DNA of 64,000 bases from NCBI GenBank assembly GCA_024650005.2, contig CP122380.1, positions 1,056,001 to 1,120,000 on the forward strand, written 5' to 3'. Each line of letters begins with the position of its first letter. Position 1 is the first letter of the stretch. The notes under the pieces are model-generated. The model searched no databases. It saw only the letters and a list, made by a program, of their open reading frames with translations, and was not told where the DNA came from. The position numbers were made by a program, and so were the translations under genes. Shown piece after piece: positions 1-10,426 of this stretch. The DNA is from Candidatus Bathyarchaeum tardum. GTDB lineage: Archaea; Thermoproteota; Bathyarchaeia; Bathyarchaeales; Bathyarchaeaceae.

Positions 1-1
1 C

Positions 2-775
2 GCAATAAATTTAACATCCTCAAAACCATATTCGCCAAAACAAGGATTATTGGGAACATTAGGCTTTAGTGCCGCTGAATCAGCAATAATTAGAAAAGAC
101 TTTCGAGGTTTAATTCGTCGAAAAGAAATGATGGTGTGGATTGCTGTGCCTTTAGGCATTAGCGTAATCTCCTTTTTTTCTACACAATCTGCTTTAGAAT
201 CTGCAGTAAGCACGATAGACCGTTTAGCACTATTTTCTGGTCCATTAATTGGAGTATTCATGTTCACTTTTTACATATCCTTAACAGCCATTGGACAAGA
301 AGGAAATGCTTTCATGAACTTGCTAATAACTCCACTTAAAGAGAACGAAATTGTCAAAGCCAAAATTTTAACAGCTTTAATCCCCTCAGTGTGCGCTTTA
401 ACATTAATCATTGCAGTAATACAGTTGATTATACAACTCCAACCAATGACACTGGTTGTAATAACAGTAGCCCTGTTTTCTGCTCTTTTTGAAAGCGCAT
501 TTGTTGGCTTGGTTGTTGGCAGTAAATTCCCCGATTTTAATGAAGTTCCCCGAGCACGGTTCATCAACCAAAAAGGAGTTTGGCTAGGAATGCTCCTAAT
601 TGCAGGTTGCGTAGCTGTAACGTTTTTGCCTTTGATATTGTATGTTTTTGGTTCTTCGGGATTTTTTCCAATTTTTGCTGCTCCCTTAATTTCTGCAACT
701 GTTGGAGTAGTGGTCTGTTATGTGAGTTATCTGGAAACAATCAACAGTTTACAAAAACTAATGGTCGATGATTGA
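2..775 (+). CDS. ABC-2-type/putative ABC exporter permease, C-terminal part (5' truncated by window edge)
   Basis: Frame is open from base 2. Multiple TM helices, with the motifs IIRKDFRGLIRR and IGQEGNAFMNLLITPL..EIVKAK typical of ABC-2 permease-like proteins. Confidence 0.65.
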   Translation, partial: AINLTSSKPYSPKQGLLGTLGFSAAESAIIRKDFRGLIRRKEMMVWIAVPLGISVISFFSTQSALESAVSTIDRLALFSGPLIGVFMFTFYISLTAIGQEGNAFMNLLITPLKENEIVKAKILTALIPSVCALTLIIAVIQLIIQLQPMTLVVITVALFSALFESAFVGLVVGSKFPDFNEVPRARFINQKGVWLGMLLIAGCVAVTFLPLILYVFGSSGFFPIFAAPLISATVGVVVCYVSYLETINSLQKLMVDD

Positions 776-1011
776 TTTTTCTTTATATGCCTCCTCTGGC
801 ATTTTTTTGAGCGAATGTTAGGGCTTGAATTACTGTTTATTTTCTAAACTAAATCATCAATTCTCCTAGGATAAATAAAATCATTAACAATACTTTTATT
901 CGGAAAAAACTTATTTTTTGCCTTTGAGCATGTTTTTTTGAAGGATTTCGAAAGGTAAATAAAGCTCTAACCGTGTGTGATATCTCAAACTGAAACTAGA
1001 GGTAGCTTAAA

Positions 1012-3357
1012 TTGGCTAAGAAAGGTTTAGTTGTTAAAGCAAAAGAACTTAAAACAGATGTTGCTGTGGTTAAGGACCTCGAAGTATCCGTCGGAAAAAT
1101 CATCGACGATACTTGGGACGAACCAATGGGTCCAACTCCATTTCCATCAATCACCGATTTGAGGAGTTGGGACTTCAAACTTCTGCAACGCTATAAACCC
1201 TTTTATCTGCCCTTCTGTGACGTCTGCTGTTTATGCACTTATGGAAAATGTGACCTATCAGGAGACAAACGCGGGGCCTGTGGACTAAATATGGCTGCAC
1301 AACAATCGCGAATTGTTCTTCTCGCATGTTGTATCGGTGCTGCAACACACACTGCACACGGCAGGCATTTGGTTCACCATTTAATCGAAAAATATGGACG
1401 CGATATCCCCCTTGACCAAGGTGGTTTAAACATCGACATTGACATGCCTGTAACTCAACTTGTTTGTGGAATAAAACCCAAGACTTTGAAGGATTTAGAA
1501 GATGCTTTGACTTGGGCCGAAGAACAAGTTACTCATTGTATTTCTGCAACCCATACTGGACAAGAAGGAAACAATATCGACTTTGAGTCTAAAGCTTTTC
1601 ATGCAGGAATGGCTGACCAAGTCGGAATGGAAGTTGCTGATATTGCACAGATTTCCGTCTTTGGTTTTCCAAAAGCTGATCCTGAAGCTCCATTGGTCGA
1701 ACTAGGTTTTGCTGTAGCAGACACTAAAAAACCAACAATACTTGTAATTGGTCACAACGTTCCATCCAGCGTTGGAATAATAGATTACATGAGAAAGAAA
1801 GACCTAATGGACAAAGTCGAAGTAGTTGGTATCTGTTGTACTGCTCATGACTTAACCCGATATGAACCCCGAGCAAAAGTTATTGGTCCAATTTCTTGGC
1901 AACTAAAATACATTCGAAGTGGATTAGCAGACCTAATAGTAGTTGACGAACAATGCATTCGGGCAGACACATTAGAAGAAGCACAAAAAGTTAATGCACC
2001 CGTAATTGCAACAAGTCCCAAAAATTGTTTAGGTCTTGAGAACAGTGATGACAAACCCACTGCAGAAATCATATCTAATTTAGTTGAAGGCAAAGAGCCA
2101 GGTGCACTAATTTTTGACACTGACAAAGCAGGAGAAGTTGCAGTTGAAACAGTAATGGCAGTTGCACCTAAACGAAACAAATTCAGTGTAATTCCTGACC
2201 TTGAAGCAATCAAAGCAGCGGGTGCCGCTTGTTCTGAATGTAACGAATGTATTCGTGCTTGTCCAAATAATCAGCCTATCCCTCAAGCAATGAAAGCAGC
2301 AGCAGAAGGAGACTTTAGCTTATTCCAAGAAGTTTACGATAACTGTGTCGGATGTGCCCGATGTGACAGTGCTTGTCCGAAAGACTTCCCACTGCACAGT
2401 TTCATGATCAAAGTAGGCGAACAAAAAGACCTAAATGAAAAATTCTTAATGCGGTCTGGACGTGGAGCTATCCAAGATATAGAAATCCGAAATGTTGGGG
2501 GTCCTATAGTTCTTGGTGAAATTCCAGGAGTTATTGCATTAGTTGGATGTGCCAACTATCCTGGCGGTAACGAAGAAGTCGCAGAAATCGCAGAAGAATT
2601 TGCCAAACGCCGATTCATCGTTGTCCTTTCGGGATGTGCAGCAATGTCCGCAGCAATGGTAAAAGACGAAGAAGGAAAAACGCTATACGAGAAATATCCT
2701 GGCGGCTTTGAAGCTGGAGGTGTCTTGAACGTTGGTTCATGTGTTTCTAATCCACACATTGCTGGTGCCGCAATCAAAATCGCTAACATATTCGCTAAAC
2801 GCAACTTACGTGCTAACTACGAAGAAATTGCTGATTACATCCACAATCGAGTTGGAGCAGTTGGTCTAGCTTGGGGAGCAATGTCCCAAAAAGCTGCATC
2901 AATCGCTGCTGGATTCTGGAGACTTGGTGTGCCTGTAGTGGTCGGTCCGCATGGATCTAAGTATCGACGTATGCTTCTCGGACGAAAAGACAAGAAAGAA
3001 GACTGGGAAGTATTTGACGCCAGAACTGGTGACAAAGTTTACGTTGGTCCTGCTCCTGAACACTTGTTCACTTCTGCCGAAAGTAAAGAAGAAGCAATTG
3101 TAATGTTAGCCAAGTTATGCATGCGTCCAAATGATCAATCTAAAGGTCGTAGCATGAAATTGACTCACTACATTGACCTTCACAAACGGTACTATGGTGT
3201 AATGCCTGATGACATACACCTATACATCAGAAACAAGATGGATATCCCACTAACAATGAAGGATGAAATAGTTAAAATCCTTGAAGAAAAAGGCTGGGAA
3301 GAAACAAAGATTCCCGACCCAACATTGTTAGAAAGAATGGTTAGGAAAAGAGTGTGA
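1012..3357 (+). CDS. cdhA: CO dehydrogenase/acetyl-CoA synthase alpha subunit
   Basis: CDVCCLCTYGKC B/D-cluster motif; C-cluster ligands GHN, ICCT, DEQC, GCA, GCA, GSC; SQK; two inserted CxxCxxCxxxCP ferredoxin motifs; TTG start after GAGGT. Confidence 0.97.
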   Translation: MAKKGLVVKAKELKTDVAVVKDLEVSVGKIIDDTWDEPMGPTPFPSITDLRSWDFKLLQRYKPFYLPFCDVCCLCTYGKCDLSGDKRGACGLNMAAQQSRIVLLACCIGAATHTAHGRHLVHHLIEKYGRDIPLDQGGLNIDIDMPVTQLVCGIKPKTLKDLEDALTWAEEQVTHCISATHTGQEGNNIDFESKAFHAGMADQVGMEVADIAQISVFGFPKADPEAPLVELGFAVADTKKPTILVIGHNVPSSVGIIDYMRKKDLMDKVEVVGICCTAHDLTRYEPRAKVIGPISWQLKYIRSGLADLIVVDEQCIRADTLEEAQKVNAPVIATSPKNCLGLENSDDKPTAEIISNLVEGKEPGALIFDTDKAGEVAVETVMAVAPKRNKFSVIPDLEAIKAAGAACSECNECIRACPNNQPIPQAMKAAAEGDFSLFQEVYDNCVGCARCDSACPKDFPLHSFMIKVGEQKDLNEKFLMRSGRGAIQDIEIRNVGGPIVLGEIPGVIALVGCANYPGGNEEVAEIAEEFAKRRFIVVLSGCAAMSAAMVKDEEGKTLYEKYPGGFEAGGVLNVGSCVSNPHIAGAAIKIANIFAKRNLRANYEEIADYIHNRVGAVGLAWGAMSQKAASIAAGFWRLGVPVVVGPHGSKYRRMLLGRKDKKEDWEVFDARTGDKVYVGPAPEHLFTSAESKEEAIVMLAKLCMRPNDQSKGRSMKLTHYIDLHKRYYGVMPDDIHLYIRNKMDIPLTMKDEIVKILEEKGWEETKIPDPTLLERMVRKRV

Positions 3358-3362
3358 TAAAA

Positions 3363-3908
3363 ATGAGTGCAAAAGCAGAACCTTGGCAAACAGCAGAAGT
3401 TGCTGGTCCCCGGAAAGCTAATGTAATTACAAAACCCGAAATTGCTGCAGCAATGATTAAGCGCGCAAAACGCGCTATCATTGTTGTCGGCACTTTAGCT
3501 ACAGATGCTGAAAAAGACACCGGAAAAATGATTGATTACACAATTCGTTTAAGCAAAGCTAGTGGGGTTCCTGTGGTCGCAACCGCACACACGGCACGCG
3601 ACCTAGTAAAAGCAGGATTCCAACCCGCTTCAAGCATGTCTGCAATGGACATTGGAAACAGACTCAAAGACCCCTCATGGACTGGCTTAGACGGAAAAGG
3701 TCCATACGATCTTGCAGTATTCCTTGGTCTTCCTTACTATATGGAATACTTGATTTTGTCTGGATTGAAGCACTTTTCCGAAAATCTAAAAACTATAACT
3801 TTGGACCGTTACTACAACCCAAATGCTAGTTGGTCTTTCCCTAACCTCAAAGTCGAAGAATGGAATCAAAGTTTTGAAACAATTATAAACAATTTTGGAG
3901 GAAATTAA
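3363..3908 (+). CDS. cdhB: CODH/ACS epsilon subunit
   Basis: PWQTAEVAGP, IKRAKR, WTGLDGKGPYDL, YYNPNASWSFPN motifs; position in operon. Confidence 0.95.
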   Translation: MSAKAEPWQTAEVAGPRKANVITKPEIAAAMIKRAKRAIIVVGTLATDAEKDTGKMIDYTIRLSKASGVPVVATAHTARDLVKAGFQPASSMSAMDIGNRLKDPSWTGLDGKGPYDLAVFLGLPYYMEYLILSGLKHFSENLKTITLDRYYNPNASWSFPNLKVEEWNQSFETIINNFGGN

Positions 3909-3913
3909 AAGAA

Positions 3914-5311
3914 ATGTCAATGTTTGAAGACATCCCTGTGGATGTTGGAGTAATTTACGAAGGAGAACGAATCCGAAAAGATGGTATGCAAATTGAACTC
4001 GGTGGACCTAAACAACCAGCAAAGTTCGAAATTGTACGTGGAAGACCAATGAATGAAATCGAAGACGGCAAAGTCATAATCGTCGGTCCTGATCTAAAAG
4101 ACCTACCTGAAGGTGGCAATGCTCCTTTTGGTCTTTTAATCGAGGTTGCAGGTGAAAAATTTGAAGAAGATCTCGAAGGTGTAACCGAGCGTCGACTCCA
4201 TGAATATCTTAACTATATTGAAGGTATTATGCACTTAAACCAGCGCTACGACATTTGGATTCGAATAAGCAAAAAATCTTTCCAAAAGGGACTAACTTCT
4301 TTCAGTTATGTTGGACAAGTTTTGATGCGACTCTTCAAGAGTGAATTACCTTTCATCGAAAAAATCCAAATTACATTCATAACTGACGCAGCAAAAGTTA
4401 AAGAAAAACTTGATGAAGCAATTGATGTCTACGACCACCGTGATGCAAAAGCCCGTGGAATGAAAGACTCTGATGTTGATACATTCTATGGATGTACTTT
4501 ATGTCAATCTTTTGCACCCTCACATGTGTGTGTAATTACTCCTCAACGATACTCTAACTGTGGTTCAATCAGCTGGTTCGATGGCAGAGCTTCTGCACAA
4601 GTTGACCCAAAAGGACCAATTTTTGCTATAGAAAAAGGTGAAGTACTTGATGAAGAAAAAGGGGAATTCGCTGGTGCAAACGAAGCAGTCAAGAACAAAT
4701 CCCTTGGTGCAGTTGAACGTGTATGGATGTATACCGGTTTTGGTTATCCTCACACATCCTGTGGATGTTTTGAAGCTATCGCTTTCTATATTCCTGAAGT
4801 AGAAGGCTACGGAATTGTCGACCGTGGCTACCGTGGCGTATCAGTAAACGGACTGGCATTCTCAACTTTGGCTGACTCCACTTCAGGTGGCAGACAAGTA
4901 GACGGATTCCACGGACTATCCATCGAATACATGCGATCACCAAAATTCATGCTCGCAGACGGTGGATGGGACAGAATCGTTTGGATGCCTAAGGCAATCA
5001 AGGAGCGCGTTAAAGAATTCATACCTGCAGAAGTTGTAGATAAAATTTCAACCGAAGAAGAAACCAAAAACATTGAAGAACTACAAGAATTCCTCAAGAA
5101 ACAAGATCATCCTGTTGTTAAACGATGGACTGAAGAAGAAGCAGAAGAAGAAACCGCTGAAGCAGAAGAAGGTCTAGAAACCATGGGAACCATGGTCCCA
5201 ATGTCAACAGCAACAATGTCCGCAGGTGGATTCAAGATAATCTTCAAGAACGCAAAAATCCACGCTGAACGAATAATAATTAAACGAGAGAAATCTAAAT
5301 CCAAAAGGTGA
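3914..5311 (+). CDS. cdhC: Acetyl-CoA synthase beta subunit
   Basis: FYGCTLCQSFAPSHVC and PHTSCGCFE A-cluster motifs; acidic linker near the C-terminus. Confidence 0.97.
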   Translation: MSMFEDIPVDVGVIYEGERIRKDGMQIELGGPKQPAKFEIVRGRPMNEIEDGKVIIVGPDLKDLPEGGNAPFGLLIEVAGEKFEEDLEGVTERRLHEYLNYIEGIMHLNQRYDIWIRISKKSFQKGLTSFSYVGQVLMRLFKSELPFIEKIQITFITDAAKVKEKLDEAIDVYDHRDAKARGMKDSDVDTFYGCTLCQSFAPSHVCVITPQRYSNCGSISWFDGRASAQVDPKGPIFAIEKGEVLDEEKGEFAGANEAVKNKSLGAVERVWMYTGFGYPHTSCGCFEAIAFYIPEVEGYGIVDRGYRGVSVNGLAFSTLADSTSGGRQVDGFHGLSIEYMRSPKFMLADGGWDRIVWMPKAIKERVKEFIPAEVVDKISTEEETKNIEELQEFLKKQDHPVVKRWTEEEAEEETAEAEEGLETMGTMVPMSTATMSAGGFKIIFKNAKIHAERIIIKREKSKSKR

Positions 5312-5316
5312 ACAGC

Positions 5317-6531
5317 ATGCCCGAACGGGCGAAAAAAGAATCTAACCCAAACTTTCCATCTGAACTCTTAGACCTGCTTGCAGGCAACAACGAACTAGAA
5401 CTACAAGATGTCGATATCTTGCTTGATGAACTACACGTATTATTCCAACCTGGAATGATGATGGCCGCACCCCCTGCAGTCGCAGCACTAAAATCAGCAG
5501 CAAAACCAACATCCTTGTTGGACGCACCTTTTACTTTTCCTATCCAGAAATATCCTGGACAAGTTGCAGAAGTCACACTTGGTGCAACAAAAAGTGAAGG
5601 TGGAACCCGAGGAAAAACAGTAACAATAGGCGGAGAAAAATCTCCTGCCTTCTACACTTTTGAATCTCCAACGCTTAACCCACCCGTAGTTTCCTTTGAT
5701 GTCTTTGACTCCAAAACTGCATTGCCTAAAGCTGTGCGAAATGAACTTGGCGATGCTTATCAAGACCCTGTTTCTTGGTCCAAATTTGTAGTAAACAAAC
5801 TAGGCGCAGACATGGTTACCTTGCACTTAGTCAGCATCGATCCTTTGAATCCCAAACCTGCTACTCCTGCTGAAGCAGTAAGAACAGTTGAAGATGTCTT
5901 GCAAGCTGTTGACGTTCCTCTAGTTGTTGGGGGCTGTGGTGACCCTGAAAAAGACTTAGCAGTCTTCGAAAAAGTAACTGCCGCATGTGAAGGTGAACGA
6001 CTTCTCATCAGCACAATTACTTTGGACATGGACATAGAAAAATCTGCTAAACTAGTCGAAAAACACGGTCACGTTGCTTTAGCGTTCTCTCCAATGGATC
6101 TTAACCAAGCAAGAGAACTGAACAGACGCCTTCTTGAATACTTGCCAAAAGAGCGAATAATTATGGACACAACAACTGCAGCTCTTGGATACGGTCTGGA
6201 TTACGCATTCACCATAATGGAACGTGCTCGACTATCTGGTTTGATGGGTGACCCTGAACTTCAGCAACCTATGTCTTCTGGAACAACCAATGCATGGGCT
6301 GCACGAGAAGCATGGAAAACATTAGATCCAGAATGGGGCGACAAGAACCTTCGTGGTCCATTATGGGAAGTAGTAACCGGTCTGACTTTGATGCTAGCTG
6401 GTGTTGACCTGTTCATGATGTTGCATCCTGCAGCAGTCAAAACTCTTCGAAACGTAATCAAAAGACTAACCACTAAAACTGGAACCCTTGATGCCGAAAA
6501 AATAGCAAATTGGGTATCATCAACACTATAA
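5317..6531 (+). CDS. cdhD: Corrinoid iron-sulfur protein small (delta) subunit
   Basis: GATKSEGGTRG, DTTTAALGYGLDY, AWAAREAW, MLHP motifs (alternative GTG start at 5308). Confidence 0.95.
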   Translation: MPERAKKESNPNFPSELLDLLAGNNELELQDVDILLDELHVLFQPGMMMAAPPAVAALKSAAKPTSLLDAPFTFPIQKYPGQVAEVTLGATKSEGGTRGKTVTIGGEKSPAFYTFESPTLNPPVVSFDVFDSKTALPKAVRNELGDAYQDPVSWSKFVVNKLGADMVTLHLVSIDPLNPKPATPAEAVRTVEDVLQAVDVPLVVGGCGDPEKDLAVFEKVTAACEGERLLISTITLDMDIEKSAKLVEKHGHVALAFSPMDLNQARELNRRLLEYLPKERIIMDTTTAALGYGLDYAFTIMERARLSGLMGDPELQQPMSSGTTNAWAAREAWKTLDPEWGDKNLRGPLWEVVTGLTLMLAGVDLFMMLHPAAVKTLRNVIKRLTTKTGTLDAEKIANWVSSTL

Positions 6532-6544
6532 GGAGAAAAATGAA

Positions 6545-7963
6545 ATGACAGACAATCAAAAAGGCGGACTTAAACAACTCAGTCCAATTGACATTTATTC
6601 ATTGCTTCCAAAAACAAACTGTAAAGAATGTGGCGAAGACAACTGTATGGCATTTGCCACTAAACTAGTCAACCGAGAAGTCAATCTAGACCAGTGTACT
6701 CCTCTTAAAGATCCTAAATACAAGAAGAATTATGCTAAACTTGCTGAGATGCTAAAACCTGCAGTTAAAGAAGTAACCATTGGTGTTGGTGAACGTGCAG
6801 TTAAAATTGGCGGTAAATTGGTAATGTATCGCCATGAACTAACGTATACTAATCCTACAGCAATTGCAATTGATGTTACTGACGAAATGACTGCTGAAGA
6901 AATCACTTCGCGTGTAAACTTTACTCAGGATTTCAGTTACATTTACATCGGCAACAACTTGCAACTACAGATGATTGCTATTCGTTCTACATCTAATGAT
7001 GCTGAAAAATTCAAAGCAACGGTCAAGAAAGTTTCAGAACAAACAGATCTGCCAATTATCTTATGCTCTTATGATTCAGCAATCGTTGAAAGTGGGTTAA
7101 TGGCTATTCCAAAAGCTAGACCTTTGCTATATGCAGCAACTAAAGATAACTGGAAAGAAATGGCAGAATTGGCACTGATGTATAACTGTCCACTGGTTGT
7201 TTCTGCACCCAATGACATTTCCTTGCTTCGATCCCTAGTTAAAACAATGATTGCTTATGGTGTTGAAGATGTTGTTTTAGATCCTGGAACTTTTGCTAAC
7301 GCAGGTTTAGGTGAAACAATAAACAACTTCACAATGATTCGACGAGCTGCATGTAACCTTGGTGACGAACTACTTGCTCATCCAACTCTTGCAACTCCAA
7401 TAACTGCTTGGACTGAACCTGCACAAAATGCGACACTTACTACATGGAAAGAAGCACAGGTTGCAGCAATGCTTGTAACTCGTTATGCTGATGCCATGAT
7501 TATTCATGCTGCAGAAGGTTGGTCTCTTCTACCCCTTACTGTATTGCGACAGAACATCTACACTGACCCACGAAAACCAGTTGCAGTTAAAGCCGAAATG
7601 GTAGCAATTGGAACACCTGATGAAAACTCACCAGTACTAATGACTTCAAACTTTGCATTGACCTACTACACTGTAGCTCAAGACATTGAATCCTCTGGTA
7701 ACTCTGTTTATCTAATTGTTGTTGATTCTGAAGGAACTGCAATCGATAGTGGTGTTGCAGGCAGAAAAATGACAGCTGAGACTATTGCTGATGCAATCAA
7801 AGAAAGTGGCGTTGAAGACAAAGTCAAACACAGAAAACTTATCATACCTGGTAAAGCAGCACGCCTTAGTGGGGAGATAGAAGAACTCTCTAAATGGGAC
7901 GTAATGGTTGGTCCACAGGACTCTTCCGGTATAGCTAAGTTTCTACAAGATAAATGGAAGTAG
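6545..7963 (+). CDS. cdhE: Corrinoid iron-sulfur protein large (gamma) subunit
   Basis: LPKTNCKECGEDNCMAFA Fe-S motif, RQNIYTDPRKP, SNFALTY, KLIIPGKAA. Confidence 0.96.
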   Translation: MTDNQKGGLKQLSPIDIYSLLPKTNCKECGEDNCMAFATKLVNREVNLDQCTPLKDPKYKKNYAKLAEMLKPAVKEVTIGVGERAVKIGGKLVMYRHELTYTNPTAIAIDVTDEMTAEEITSRVNFTQDFSYIYIGNNLQLQMIAIRSTSNDAEKFKATVKKVSEQTDLPIILCSYDSAIVESGLMAIPKARPLLYAATKDNWKEMAELALMYNCPLVVSAPNDISLLRSLVKTMIAYGVEDVVLDPGTFANAGLGETINNFTMIRRAACNLGDELLAHPTLATPITAWTEPAQNATLTTWKEAQVAAMLVTRYADAMIIHAAEGWSLLPLTVLRQNIYTDPRKPVAVKAEMVAIGTPDENSPVLMTSNFALTYYTVAQDIESSGNSVYLIVVDSEGTAIDSGVAGRKMTAETIADAIKESGVEDKVKHRKLIIPGKAARLSGEIEELSKWDVMVGPQDSSGIAKFLQDKWK

Positions 7964-7971
7964 CTTAGCTA

Positions 7972-8020
7972 CTTTCTATTTTTGTTTTATTTTTTTTATT
8001 CTTTTGTAATTTTTTCTTTT
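7972..8020 (+). terminator. Oligo-T terminator region after the cdh operon
   Basis: Several T runs (5-9 nt) directly after the cdhE stop codon. Confidence 0.55.
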
Positions 8021-8124
8021 AATGTACACAATTTTTCTTAGGTATTAGGGCTTATATCTCGTAATTTCCAGAACCCTTTAAATACGTCCTTAAAAGTCAT
8101 GATTGGTATAAGGCGGATTTAAAT

Positions 8125-8688
8125 ATGCCTAAGCTTGAAGACTCTATTCGGATTGAAAATGTTGTATCCTCTGCCACTTTGAATCAGAACATAGACCTTA
8201 ATGCCGTTGTTAAGGGTAATCCCTTAGTTGAATATCGGCCAGAAAAGTTTCCCGGGTTGGTTTTCAGATTAAAAAAACCCAAAACAGCCATCCTAATTTT
8301 CAGCACAGGAAAGATGGTTTGTACTGGAGCAAAATCTGAGAACGAGTCAAAAAAAGCAGTGCTTAAAGTTGTTCGCGAACTGAAAAAAAGTGGCATAATC
8401 ATAACTGGTAAACCTGAAATCAGAGTAGTTAACATCGTCGCTTCAGCTAACCTTCTTGGAAGAATTGAGCTAGAAGACTGTGCTTACTCTCTAGGAAAGA
8501 CTATGTATGAACCCGAACAGTTTCCAGGTCTTATCTACCGTATGGACGAACCAAAAGTAGTAATCCTTCTTTTCGCAAGTGGAAAACTTGTCTGTACCGG
8601 TGCAACTAAAGAAGAAGACGTCTACCGGGCAGTTGCTAAACTTCATGAGCAACTTGAGGATTTAGACTTAATCTATTATGAAGAATGA
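8125..8688 (+). CDS. tbp: TATA-box binding protein
   Basis: Two repeats of NVV/NIVAS..YxPExFPGL..ILxFxxGKxVCTGA; upstream TTTAAATA box near 8077. Confidence 0.97.
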   Translation: MPKLEDSIRIENVVSSATLNQNIDLNAVVKGNPLVEYRPEKFPGLVFRLKKPKTAILIFSTGKMVCTGAKSENESKKAVLKVVRELKKSGIIITGKPEIRVVNIVASANLLGRIELEDCAYSLGKTMYEPEQFPGLIYRMDEPKVVILLFASGKLVCTGATKEEDVYRAVAKLHEQLEDLDLIYYEE

Positions 8689-8819
8689 TTTTGGAACTGT
8701 TAACCTTCAGTTCCCTTTCAGTCTTTTTTATATTCTTTGTTTTAAACATTTTTTATAAAAAGTGAAATAAAAAAATAATTTAAAAAATTGATTACTGAAA
8801 ATCTAAGCCGTTATGTAGC

Positions 8820-8972
8820 TTAGTATCTATTTCTTCTCGGGGGTCTTCGTTTTGCGTAACACTCTCGACAGTATACGGGTCTGCTAGAATCTGGTTTGAA
8901 AGGAACCTGACATTTTTCTCCACATTCAGAACAGACTGCATCGTGCATTTCGCGGGGTCCACCATAAGACAT
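8820..8972 (-). CDS. Small CxxC-x17-CxxC zinc-finger protein (50 aa, absent from ORF track)
   Basis: Hand translation gives MSYGGPREMHDAVCSECGEKCQVPFKPDSSRPVYCRECYAKRRPPRRNRY; strong GGAGGTG SD upstream; exact x17 spacing. Confidence 0.9.
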   Translation of the reverse strand: MSYGGPREMHDAVCSECGEKCQVPFKPDSSRPVYCRECYAKRRPPRRNRY

Positions 8973-9219
8973 TCGGCTTGCACCTCCTCATTCATTAAGA
9001 GAATTAGTATATTTAGAGCACTAACTCTACAAAGGTGTATCTTAATGACACTTATAAACTTGTGCGTAATTCGTTTATTACAAAATGTCTGAATAATATC
9101 AAAAATTTTAAAGTTGTTATTATGCTTCAATGGAAACCTGTTTTTTTACATTTTCAATTTGTTCTATGTTTGAAAAATTGTTAATTTTTATTTATTTGTT
9201 TTATTTTGCTTTCAAACTA

Positions 9220-9528
9220 CTAACTTGTTATCATTGGTGCTTCCATTTCTTCAGGTGTCAAAAGTTGGGACATTTTGATGTAGTTTTCGATGTATTCGCA
9301 ACCTTTTGCAGTTGTTTCGAAGGTTTTTCTTCCCTTCTCTTTTTGGATTTTAATAAAGCCCATTTCAGTTAAGAATGTCAGATATTCATTGACTTGGCTA
9401 AAACTTAAATTAACGCTGTACATAATTCGTGTTTTTCCTTGTTTGCCTTTTGCAGACTCCATTATTTCTGCAAAAATTCCTAGGCGGTCTCTGCGTTCCC
9501 AGAGTGTCTGAAGTGTGTTATTTTTCAA
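9220..9528 (-). CDS. Small winged-helix transcription regulator (HTH_45/DUF4364-like)
   Basis: RRDRLGIFAEIM..KTRIMYSVNLSFSQVNEYLTFL..FETTAKG. Confidence 0.8.
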   Translation of the reverse strand: MKNNTLQTLWERRDRLGIFAEIMESAKGKQGKTRIMYSVNLSFSQVNEYLTFLTEMGFIKIQKEKGRKTFETTAKGCEYIENYIKMSQLLTPEEMEAPMITS

Positions 9529-9687
9529 TGTAATTCCTCGGTATTATTTTTTAGTACCTTTCTTCTATAGTTTTACGATTAAAATACTGTATTTCCTTCT
9601 AGTGTATATTACCAGAACAAGAATAGTTAGAAAAAAGATGTTTTATCCATTTGGTGTCTGAATCGAATTATTTTTTCTCTGCCTTTT

Positions 9688-10245
9688 CTAGATAATTCCT
9701 AAATGTTCTAGGAGTATTCTTAGGCCAATCATGATTAAGATTATTCCTCCCAAGGGTTCAACTTTGTTTTTTAGGCGATGTCCAAATTTGCCTCCAATGT
9801 AAACACCAAAAACAGACAAAGTGAATGTGATTATTCCTGTTGATATTGCCAATGTTATTATTGAAATTTCTAAAATGTAAATGCTTAAGCCAACTGCTAA
9901 TGCATCAATGCTAGTGGCAATAGACAGTATCAAAAGAACTTTGATGGTAAGTGAACTAATTATTTTTTCGCTTTCATTTTTAGTTGATTCATAAATCATT
10001 CTGGAGCCAATTATTGTTAGTAAAGCAAATGCTACCCAGTGGTCAATTTCTGAAATCACGTCTAATACATGTGCGCCTGCATGCCATCCAATTATTGGCA
10101 TGATTGCTTGAAAAAATCCAAAGAAGGTGCCAATTTTGATAGCTTTTGAAATGTTGAACTTTTTGGTTGTTAGTCCATTTGCTATTGCTACTGAAAAAGA
10201 GTCCATCGCTAATGCTGTGGCGATTAGTAATGTTGTTGTATCCAT
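9688..10245 (-). CDS. mntP: Manganese efflux pump MntP family
   Basis: ALAMDSFSVAI, FGFFQAIMP, DHWVAF, ATSIDALAVG motifs. Confidence 0.92.
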   Translation of the reverse strand: MDTTTLLIATALAMDSFSVAIANGLTTKKFNISKAIKIGTFFGFFQAIMPIIGWHAGAHVLDVISEIDHWVAFALLTIIGSRMIYESTKNESEKIISSLTIKVLLILSIATSIDALAVGLSIYILEISIITLAISTGIITFTLSVFGVYIGGKFGHRLKNKVEPLGGIILIMIGLRILLEHLGII

Positions 10246-10426
10246 TGCAACTCCCTCTCTTGGGAGAATTTTTTTAAACAACCTTACTTAAAAAACTTTT
10301 TATAAATAATTATATTTCTTTATAATTTGTAAATGATAAAAAATATTTATAAAAAATGAATGTTATATGTGTGCGTAATATAATCTTGAACAGAGGTTTT
10401 TTCCTCTGTACCTGTTTCGTTGTATG

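Noticed and set aside
8792-9130. 112-aa ORF in the track
   Set aside because: Shadow of the real 50-aa zinc-finger gene in another frame; no protein-like features.
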